Below are positions 1-9,506 of a DNA stretch of 20,000 nucleotides, piece by piece. The translations under genes were made by a program, and so were the position numbers. Each line of letters begins with the position of its first letter. Within the stretch, counting starts at the first letter, position 1. The DNA is from Cystobasidiomycetes sp. EMM_F5 (taxonomy: Eukaryota): contig JBPGPT010000028.1 of assembly GCA_051047955.1 (NCBI GenBank), positions 183,057-203,056 on the forward strand, in the 5' to 3' direction. The notes below the pieces were generated by a model. It ran no database searches and had not been told where the DNA came from. It was given only the letters and a program-made list of their open reading frames with translations.

Positions 1-1561
1 CTTCCTCTTCGTCAGCTCTAAGGCGTTCATACTGTTTTCGCGCTTCCTTTCGAGCAGCTTTCTTGGCTTCGCGCTTCTTGGCTGAAGGATCCTCGATGAC
101 AGCTGGTGGAGGTGCTTGAGGCATCTGCTGGCCGAGGAGCGTCGGTGGTATGGCAGGAGCTGACCATGCTGGCATTATTTGCGGCGGAGGTGCGACTGCA
201 GGCGCCATTATAGGTCGTCCAAACATGTCGTAGCCCACGGTAGTTGGCATCATCGACGGCGCAGTCATTGCCATCTGAGGCATCATCGGCTGAGACATCG
301 CAGGAGCTAAAGTTTGGGGTGCTGTTGCTGGCGCAGCCTGCGCGGAAGGGCGGAAGACCGTTGCCCACTGACCAGTAGCTGGATCGAAAACTACTTCGTT
401 AGTGCCATGACCCGACGGTGCAACGGAACTTGCTCCGTGGCTAGCAGCTATGAGGTTGGGATTGTTCTCGGCATTGGTCTGACCGTAGCCAGCTAATGGT
501 GGTTGTCCATTCGGTGGCACACCGAAAGTCTGCCCGGGAGCTTGAGATTGATCTCCTGCTATAGCACCTGGAGGCGGGGCGCTTGCCCCTACACCCTCTG
601 TACCATCGTAAGCTTCGCCGAGAGGATCGTCTGGGTTCTTGCCGTCGTAAGGGTCAGGAGCGTCTGGATCGCCCCCGCCTGGAGGCATTCCACCAGGACC
701 ACCGTACATGTCATCGTCGCCCATGCCAGGTGGCCCTCCTGGATATTCGCCCGAATCGCCACTGTACGGATCTGTTCCGGCCAATGATGCTACTCCTGGG
801 ATGAACGCGCCGATGATATTTAGGTGTCCTGCTAAGAGCATCAAGATGGCCGCTGTAATATGAATCTTGCCTGCACTACGAAAAGTGACGACGGTGTCAG
901 TAGGGGAATCATCACGTGGCAGTACTATTGAGCTTGGTACATACTTGTAGCTGAGGATTTGTAGTCCAAAGTACGAGATGACAGCGCCGCTGCCGGCTAG
1001 ACCGAATTTGCCGCAGGGAGCGGTGATGAAGCGGTACAGTGAGCCTAGGGCATTGCCGGACAGACCGCGCATGGTCTGATGAATCATGAGAACAAGGAGA
1101 ATGGTCACTGTCGAGGTTGTCAGATCGATTGTGGGTCGTTGAGCTACGCAATAAAGTACGTACTGCTTAGAAGATGATATAAAATGCCGTGAAAGATGGA
1201 GCCCGGTCGCTGATTGAAGTCTGTGCCATACTTGTATGCCTCGCAAACTTTGTCCGAGACCTTCTCCTTGGCCGCTGATGATTTTCCTGCCCTCTTGAGC
1301 AGGATGCTCATCGAGTCGCTTGCGAGTGCACCAGAACTCATTGATTTGAGGTCGCTGAAGTGACACAATGAGCGCATCATTAGCTTGCGCTGTTCAAGTC
1401 ACCCATCGTAACTTTAGCTGTACGGAATGTATGCTACAGGACGGTGCATTGGAGCGACAAGCTTACCCAATGAGCGTAGTTATCTCTGCAGCCAGACCGA
1501 TGATGCATGCTGCGACGGTCACGAATGCAAAGCCTTTGGCGACTGCAAGCCAGATGTTCAT
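1..1561 (-). CDS. Predicted 4-TM membrane protein with long Pro/Gly/Met-rich low-complexity C-terminal tail; 3' end runs off the window
   Basis: Manual splicing gives exons 1561-1467, 1354-1164, 1107-945 and 875-<1. Introns are GTAAGC..CAG, GTACGT..CAG and GTATGT..TAG, all phase-compatible. Protein: MNIWLAVAKGFAFVTVAACIIGLAAEITTLIG..GSIFHGILYHLLSMTILLVLMIHQ..FGLAGSGAVISYFGLQILSYNAGKIHITAAILMLLAGHLNIIGAFIPGVASLAGTDPYSGDSGEYPGGPPGMG..AKKAARKEARKQYERLRADEEE. The last exon is stop-free for 875 nt; the ORF track missed it because it has no stop in the window. An in-frame TAG lies just upstream of ATG 1561. Confidence 0.8.
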
Positions 1562-2236
1562 GCATGTGGATGGAGTCTAGGGAGTGTTGGTGGTTGCCTG
1601 TTGTGATACAGGATCGGGTGCTGTATGTGGGTCCTGTCAAGGTGCGCTGAGCCAGTGAAGGTAATGAAGCCCGCTTCGAGCGAGACCGACGTCTAGTCGT
1701 GAGAAGGTGAAATGAGCTGTGTAAGTGTAGGATGGCGCGTAGTTGGCGAGTCTGCAAGCGCGGTGGCCCAGTATCGACTCCCACTTTGCCATCAGCACAG
1801 CCAGGCGCGGTGTCGGTAGTCTCCCTTTGAGCAGTCGACGTCACCGAGAGACTCTCAGTGAGTAGCTAGTGCTACAGACGTTAGTAGAATATCCTGGACG
1901 TTAGCAAAATGCCTAAACAGCCATCCGTCTCCGCATTCAGCCAACTTGGGCAATATGTGTCCGTTTCGAACGCGGATTGGACGAGCAGCATCAGCTTTGT
2001 ACACCTGTTCAGTATGTCCATCCCATTGCACGCTATCAGTATGTTTGCAAATGTTAGTCTGTTAGCCATGTCGTCATTGTCCAACAGGCAGTCGATCGCC
2101 TCTCTAGCATGAAACCTGAAAAGCGCAGTCTTGGAACAGGGTTTGCTGCAGCCAATTCAGCGGACAATATACGCAGAATATATCAACGAACTGAGCATTC
2201 TACATTCCTCCAATAACTACTTCTACACTTTCAACA

Positions 2237-3895
2237 ATGACCTCCCAGGCTGAACATGCCGCGTCCACCGCGACAAACCAGACAAAGTGAGCGAGAAACT
2301 GCGTGGATTGGGGGTTTCCAGCTGATATGTGTCATTTCGCAGCCCATTCCTAACTCAGAATGACCCTAACAGCACCTACACCAGTGCCATCCCTCTGTCC
2401 GCCGGCGCAGGATCCACTGCACCCGGCGTTGTCGGTGGACACCCGCAGACTACCGGCATCTCCCAAGCGTACAGCACCTCTGGTCTGACATCTTCGAGCA
2501 CCCCTGCATCTACAAACCCCTTCTCGAGCACTTCCACCACCTCCACAACCAATGCTACATCGGCCACGTCACCACGACTGGCAGGCAACCTCGCCCCTTC
2601 CGAGTCGACCATTGCACCCGAGAAGGTGCCAGAGGGTACTTCGCACGTCACAAACATCCTCACCGGTCTCGCTGGCGCAGTTCTCTCTGCCCCAGCCGCT
2701 GCACTCGAAGCCTTGTCTCCTACAGCCGCTCAACGGACAGGCGACGCCGCTGAGGTCATTGCACAAAAGATGCCGGCAGTATCCCTTCAAGACGTCTCTG
2801 CTACAGCACAAAACGTCGCCGCTCAAGCATACGCTCGCGTACCGGAAGGTACCGCCGACACTGTCAAGAGCTATGTCGGCGTAGCGGTAGGCAAGGCACA
2901 GGAAGTTCTCCCACCTGCTCTTGGCGGGTCTGCAACTACAGGCAACACTGGCACAGGCGAGCTTGCAAAGTCCCCCACTCAGCTGGCGTCAGAGTGTAAG
3001 CTATATTCTATGTTCCGCAGCATACGCTGACATTGTTTCACGCAACCAGACGGCAATGCCGCTTCTCAGACTGCCACTAATGCCGCCAACACTGTGACTG
3101 CCGCACTCGCCAACGCGGCCAGTACGACTCAAGCGTACGTGAACCAAGCTCTGGGTCGTGCCTCTCAGACTGCATCGGATGCCGCTGTAGCGACACAACA
3201 AGCAGCGTCCGATGCCGCAGTTGCGACTAAGCAGGCAGCTTCAAATGCTGCTACCACGGTCCAGCAGACTGCATCCAACGCCGCCGCTACTACACAACAA
3301 GCCGCTTCCAACGCTGCTACCACAATCCAACAAACTACCTCCGATGCTGCGGCCACTACCCAACAAAAGGCTTCTCAAGCTGCCTCGATTGCACAGCAGA
3401 CCGCCTCGGATGCCTCTATCACTGCTCAAAAGAAAGCTTCAGATGCTGCTGATTATACGGCAGCTTCTGCTCAGTCTGCACGAGATACCGCGCAAGATTA
3501 TGCTTCGAGCGCGAGCCAGACTGCTCAGCAGTACTCCCAATCTGCTCGACAGACCACAGGAGACTATGCTGGGTCTGCTCAGCGTGAGGTCGATGATTGT
3601 ATGTCATATATATATAAACCATTGACTCAACAATGCGCTGACCCTGCACTTGCCCATAGTGTCTTACCGTGCATCCCCTAATACCGGCTCATCGCACTAC
3701 GGCACCGCTACCAACATCACCCACTCGACCTACCCCACTACCACCGCACCTGGATCTACCTACACCTCTGGTGCTTCCGGCACCGGTGCCGATCCAGCTC
3801 TGTACGCCACGACTGCTACCCAAACGTCCACTGGCGCAAAGGGCACGTACGAATTATCGCAGAACGATCTTGCTCAGCCAAAGACTACCCTCTAA
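2237..3895 (+). CDS. Ala/Thr/Ser/Gln-rich protein with 11-residue tandem repeats (LEA group 3-like hydrophilin), about 495 aa
   Basis: ATG in CAACAATG context at 2237. Exons 2237-2286, 2343-2995, 3050-3598 and 3660-3895. Introns of 56, 54 and 61 nt (GTGAGC, GTAAGC, GTATGT donors; GCTGAY branch sites) join ORF-track pieces 2329, 3094 and 3650 in frame. No signal peptide is visible. Confidence 0.85.
3169..3597 (+). repeat. Degenerate 33-bp coding tandem repeat (13 x 11 aa)
   Basis: TASDAAVATQQ/AASDAAVATKQ/AASNAATTVQQ/TASNAAATTQQ/AASNAATTIQQ/TTSDAAATTQQ/KASQAASIAQQ/TASDASITAQK/KASDAADYTAA/SAQSARDTAQD/YASSASQTAQQ/YSQSARQTTGD/YAGSAQREVDD. Confidence 0.9.
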
Positions 3896-4200
3896 GCCAA
3901 TTATTAAAGAACCCTGAAAGCAATATGATCGCAAGCAATTTACATGCCATGAAACACGATTCGAATGAATGATATCTCTGACGTGGGAAGTAGTGCTTCG
4001 TTCTCTGTTAGTCGTGCCGTCATTTGACGAGAATGAAGTCAGAAAACGTTGGCTTAGGTAGACGTTGGAGTAATGATGATATGCCAAAACAATGCCACAC
4101 TATCATGAGTGAATTGCTACTGCGTGCACACTGGTGATCTCTGCTCTGCTTGACTTCGTAATCTACTGAAGCAATTACTGCTTACCAAACGGACATCAAT

Positions 4201-5505
4201 TCAGATATCCTCCCCGTTCAGCCTCGCTTCGCCAGTGCCCTTCATATCCGCAAATTCAGCCTTATACTGCTCGAGCATCTCTGTGTCTACTTTACTTCCC
4301 CCGCAGACAATGACCACGATATTCAATTTCCTGTCTTTCCGCTCGTCTGGCAACTTTGTTAAAGCTGGCTGAAGCAGACGTTCATGGTGATACACGGGCG
4401 CAAGGGCTGCGCCACACGATAGCTCCACCATCATTTTGTGATCTCTGTTGAATTGCCAGCAAGCGGAAGCGGACAATGAATCTGATAGCATGAGTGTCGC
4501 CATGTGTTTTGGTATCGTTTTATTTTCAGATGGAGGAGTGACGTGTCCATGTATAGCGTAGTTTCTTGCGGATAGCAATGCGTTCCTTGAGCATATCTTT
4601 GCTCCCATGCTTGTCGCTTTGCTCGTGATTGCGGGAAGAATGACGTGTTGATCGTCGATACTGCCAGAAGGATTGCTAAGGAAGAGATTTATCGACTGCG
4701 TGAAGGAATCTGCTCCGATATCTTGAACGGCAAGAATGAAGGGTGGCTTGTAAGTGGACGTTGAGGGCAGGCGCTGTGCGTACTCTGTGATGCCGTGCAG
4801 TATGCCATTGATGAATCCTGCTCCGCCGACGGCTGCAGACAGGACGTCGAGGGCAGTGTCCTTGGGAAGTTGCTCGTATATCTCGTGCATTATGGACGAG
4901 TGCCCTTGTATGAGCTCTTCTCCCTCGAATGGATGAATGTACACTGCTCCTTCTTCAGCTGCGACGGCTTTCCTCGCAGCTGCGTCTGCTCCATCCCAAG
5001 CGTCTCCGGCAATGTGCACATTCGCTCCCAGCCGTACGAGGGTAGCCATCACTGCCTGCTCAGTCGTCGAGGGTACGTATATACTGCATCGGAGGGTACT
5101 CCCGCTTTGCGCGTTCAAGAGCGTACACGCCGTTGCTGCAGCCAATCCAGCATTTCCCCCGGATGAACTGATAATGTGCGCATCGTTTCCGTATCGCTTG
5201 TGAGCTGCTACGATGGATGCGCCTACTCCACGTATCTTGAAGGACCCGCTCGGCTGTAGGCAGTCTAGCTTGAGGTATACGTTGTGCCCGGTGGAAGCGG
5301 AGAGGATGTCAGAGTAGATGAGCGGTGTCACTTTGTGGAGATGGGGAGTGCTCGAGGATGCTTCTGCCTGTGCTTCCGCTACGAGTGACTGATTCTTTCG
5401 CGCAGTTCTGCTGGAAATTGGGTCCAGATTGGGGTTGGGTCCTGCTTCCGTTGCTATTGCCTTGTCGATGGAGAATACTCCATCAACATCTTTCGAACTC
5501 GACAT
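4201..5505 (-). CDS. CHA1: L-serine/L-threonine ammonia-lyase (dehydratase), fold-type II PLP enzyme, 434 aa, apparently intronless
   Basis: TPL..S..LS..GHNVYLKLDCLQPSGSFKIRG (PLP-binding Lys motif), SSGGNAGLAAA, YIHPF, AVGGAG phosphate loop, VELSCGAALA and IVCGG are motifs of catabolic serine dehydratases (SDS/CHA1 family). Confidence 0.9.
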   Translation of the reverse strand: MSSSKDVDGVFSIDKAIATEAGPNPNLDPISSRTARKNQSLVAEAQAEASSSTPHLHKVTPLIYSDILSASTGHNVYLKLDCLQPSGSFKIRGVGASIVAAHKRYGNDAHIISSSGGNAGLAAATACTLLNAQSGSTLRCSIYVPSTTEQAVMATLVRLGANVHIAGDAWDGADAAARKAVAAEEGAVYIHPFEGEELIQGHSSIMHEIYEQLPKDTALDVLSAAVGGAGFINGILHGITEYAQRLPSTSTYKPPFILAVQDIGADSFTQSINLFLSNPSGSIDDQHVILPAITSKATSMGAKICSRNALLSARNYAIHGHVTPPSENKTIPKHMATLMLSDSLSASACWQFNRDHKMMVELSCGAALAPVYHHERLLQPALTKLPDERKDRKLNIVVIVCGGSKVDTEMLEQYKAEFADMKGTGEARLNGEDI

Positions 5506-5986
5506 GGTGTGAATGTATTTGTTTTGCAGGAGAATTGGTCAGGTTGGCAAGCAAATTCTAGTCACCGGGGCTCATTTTGTATTGACCGGCAATTGACCGA
5601 CAAATCGCCGAAGACGCGTTCAGAGCTTCTTAAATCTCTACGACGCGTAAATGACATGCATTGCCGTTTATAAGGCCATCAACAGTCGCAAATATACGAG
5701 AAAGGACTGCAAGCTGTGAATATACACGGAGCAGCCGGTGAGACCTCCTAGCGCGTCTTGCGCTCCTTCCTATTGCGGGGACTTGCCCTGCGAGTATAAC
5801 CTAGCTGCTCGATACCGCAATAGCTCCATTGACGCGACGTGCATACGCTCTATGCTGTATCCGCTGCACCTTCCTGCCGAATATATGTCTCAAGTCCGAA
5901 TTAGCTCGTATCCTCATCGAATTAGCGCATTCCTCAGTGACGATATCGTCCTTTTGAGTCTTGAAACGCAGATGCAGCTGCAGATG

Positions 5987-7172
5987 AGAAAGAAAGGAGA
6001 TTGCGACACCGCGTCAATCAGTTAGCTCGACTATTGCATTATCGACGTCGCTTGCATCCCTCTGCCTCGTCTTTGCTCGTCAATCTGTCATACGAGCTTC
6101 GACATCATCTGGACGTCAGCACTCGGGCTGAGGAAGAAAGTCAGTCAGAGGACGGCGAGGAAGGGAATATACCAGCTGGCTAGTTGATTATCAGTACTCG
6201 ACACGCACCCGCTCTACGTGGCTATCCATCTCGCACTCTGCTTCTCCCAAGTCTCCGAGATCCTCCAGCACCATCTTGAAAGCCAATCTTCAAATAAGGT
6301 TGTCGATACAAAGAGCAGCGTGGAAGTAACACAAGGAGACATACAAGGCTATTGCGGATCAGCTGTTGGGCATCGGCAGCAGCCATCAGTGCGCTACTAT
6401 CGCCGTCAGCCAATCCATCCATCAGGCAGCAAGTCAAGTCAGCCCATTCAAGTCGCGTCGTCGCGGTCAGGATATCCATCACTTGGTCTTTCTACGACCG
6501 TCAGTCCGGACAGAGCAAGCCATCAAGTAGATTGTAGGTGAATAGGCTGCTCGTAATATTGCTTGGTTCCCCATGCTGACCGCCTACATTTATGCAGCGC
6601 TGATACACCGATCGCGTCAAAGGTCGACGCGTAAAGAGACTGTCGAAGAGACATATACTACAAGCAAGCACAGGACGAGCAGAATACAAGATACATCCTG
6701 AAGTCCTCTCCTCATAGTCCACCCGAATCCATCTCCCACACCTCACTCCAGCATCCGCACTCAAAACACCCCCGACGCGTCTCTTCAGCCACGCCAAGGC
6801 TATCAAGGTAAGCCCATGCAAGGCTTGGGACAGGTCATGGCAGGGATTCATGACTGACACGGCGAACGATATCCTTGTCTGTGATATACAGGCTATCTCG
6901 TCTGCCCTTTCATCGTCTTTGGTCAAGTCAAATACGGCATCGGCACGTCTCCACCTGGTTGACCACACACATCTGCTATATCCAGATTCCCTTGCTTGCA
7001 CGTCATCTCGTCTGTACACGTCACTCGGCTGTGTAGATCCTTTGTGCCCAAGTCTGAGTCTGGCAATCTGCCCAAAGTCGAAACCAAAACTTTCGACATC
7101 GAGTAGAGGAGAATCTTGACGGATCAGCCCTACTCTTCCATCCGTACATCTCCCTCTGTATAGGTGTCAACG
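5987..7172 (+). other. Putative long spliced 5' UTR of the gene starting at 7173, with introns 6538-6597 and 6808-6891 (possibly also 7103-7163)
   Basis: GTGAAT..GCTGAC..TGCAG (60 nt) and GTAAGC..ACTGAC..TACAG (84 nt) look like canonical fungal introns. There is no exonic ATG between 5987 and 7172. Confidence 0.6.
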
Positions 7173-9116
7173 ATGGCATCATACGCTACCTTTCCCTCTT
7201 CACACACGACGACGCCCAGCAAAGCGATGGGTAAGCCACCCGCATGTCCCGCATCTCCGTGCCCAAGTGCAAGCGGGAGTGAGTTGAGCTTCGCAAGTGA
7301 TACCGGTGAGTCATTTGACGCAGCATGATGGTCAAAGCAGCAAGTACTGATGAGGCTTTTGCCTGGTTTTGCCCGTACAGAAGGAACAGACTTTATGCCG
7401 ACACCACCAACATCCCCTCAGCGCGCGTCCCAGCAGTGTTTTGAACAACACGAAAGACGAGGAAGCATTGACCTGCTGCTGGGCATGAAGATCCGGGAGC
7501 ATGCCATGGACAACAAGCCAAGTCACACTTCGCCTGCATCCCCTAATTGCAACACCCCAACGCTCACAACACCTCCGAGAGGAAGCAGTACAACTCCAGT
7601 AACTCCCCTATCAGCGACACAAGCCCCTCGTCCTTCCGTCTTTTCGTCTTTGTCTCAGAAGCGAGGACCTCGTCAATCACCTGGTATCATCGATTTCTCC
7701 TCTCTCCCTCGTTTTCCCGTGCAGATTACTTCTGTGCGAGTCGAAAGCTCAGAAACCGATGAGGACCAAGGCGCATCATCCACATCGGGACTATGGTCTC
7801 ATGCATTCGCGCGCAATGCTGGTGCACTCACTCCGCACGCTCCAGCTTCGGATGTTAGCGGAAGTACACCACGCGCTGTTCCGGATCGACCGGGTCTATT
7901 CTCGAGGTGGTCGACAGACTCAGAAGGTGGTGGCTCAGATAGCGGTGCAATGGACGACTCAAACATGGAGCACGACTCGAGCGCCACGGACGAAGATGAC
8001 GTTGATGCCGAGATGAAGGATGGCAATAATGCAGACGACGCGAACGAAGAATGGGACGATGCATGCGCACAATGCCAGGTGGAGCGTAGTGGAAATGGCG
8101 CTATCGACATGGACCTGTGTGACGCGGAGGACGATGCGCAACTCCAGCGAACGAGTAGACTGCCCAGCAACCCTTTCTTCGCCCCTCAGTTCACAATGTC
8201 CTCCACACCTGTGTTCGCTGCGGCTTCACCCGCAGTCTCGTCGCCCCTACATCGGCTTGCTGCTCTATCTGGCTCAGGCTGGGATGCTATCAGATCGCCT
8301 CTGCCCGTCTCTTCACCCTCCCAAGTCAACTTGACACTCCCGCCTGCACCGAAACCGCATCAACATGGCTTTTCGCCTATGGTCGAAATACCAACATCTG
8401 CACCACTACCTTTGCATGCAGTTCGTTCGGTATCCTCACCGTTGCCTTTGTTCAGTCGCGGAACCTTTGCACAGCAGAGTCAGCCTGCCACACGATACTG
8501 TAATAGAGGACATGTTCAACCGGCGTGGACAGTCGTGGGCAGCAATGGATCGTCTCCTGCCGATTCTCCCGGCGGATTATATCCTGCGCAGAAACAGCAG
8601 ACACAGGCTCTCACGCGCTCGCAAGGTCTGCGTATTCGTGACGACGAAGGACGACCGCGCCGTGGGAAATTTGTACGGTCTCTATCCCTCAACACGCAGC
8701 TAGCTTCGTTTGGCCTCAATAGCCATGCAACGGCTTCCAACGAACAATCATCGCCAATCAAGGCTGCATCTGCGTTATTAGAGAGAACAATCTCGCCAGC
8801 CGCTACGACGACTGATCCTCTACGAGTCAAACTACGAGAGATGCCGGGCGCGCTCACACCGGACGTCTCCGAAGCTCCTCCTTCTCCATCACCTTCATCA
8901 TTCGACAAGCCGCACCAGCTCGCTCTTCCAAGCAGAATGCTGACGGCTGGCAGCCGTGCGAGGAGTTTTGGACCAGCAAGTCCCCTTATTATGAGCTTCC
9001 TTCCGGACGCAGAGCAAGAAACAGAATCCACTCTACCAAATGCAAGGCCAAATGCCGGGGGCGAGGCAACTCAATCGTTACCCAAAGACAACCCCTACTT
9101 TGCTGGATTCTCGTAG
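7173..9116 (+). CDS. Hypothetical intrinsically disordered Ser/Pro/Thr-rich protein with acidic patch, about 622 aa
   Basis: Exon 7173-7305 (MASYATFPSSHTTTPSK..SFASDT), intron 7306-7380 (GTGAGT..ACTGAT..TACAG) and exon 7381-9116, in frame with the 588-aa ORF. It has many SP/TP sites and ends DNPYFAGFS. I recognise no globular domain. Confidence 0.8.
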
Positions 9117-9506
9117 GGGACATGCATCTCTTGCACCTCTCGCCACAGCCTCGCCCGTGCTTTGTTATTCCCTATATAGCCGCTCAGGGGAAGAGGTTCA
9201 TTTTGACCGTAGACTCCTCATACACCTCACATGTAGCATTCTTTACCGCATTTACGCGACTATATGATTACATCAGCTTGGCAGCAAATATACATATGCA
9301 TAGTCAGCTTTTTATTCAATCTTTGGAGATGTTGGGTCCGCTGGCCGGAACCGAGCTGTCATATGATTGAATGCAGTTTCAGAGCAAGGAATTTTTCAGC
9401 CTGGTGCCGCGTACAGGCTTCGCATTCGATATCATTGTTCGTATTAACAGAAGGGCTAAATAACATGCGAATAATGACTGTAGTGTTGACATTAGGATTG
9501 ATTTGC

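Noticed and set aside
27..804. ORF-track ORFs 27..368(-), 314..496, 503..787 and 583..804(+)
   Set aside because: They are alternative-frame or antisense shadows of the stop-free minus-strand exon 875-<1.
3169..3597. CRISPR-like or mobile-element repeat
   Set aside because: The 33-bp units are degenerate, contiguous, have no spacers, are conserved at protein level and lie within a spliced eukaryotic CDS.
6001..7119. ORFs 6001..6183, 6218..6541, 6501..7019(-) and 6850..7119 as independent genes
   Set aside because: They have non-ATG starts or an ATG inside a predicted intron, and no recognisable protein features. A UTR explains them better.
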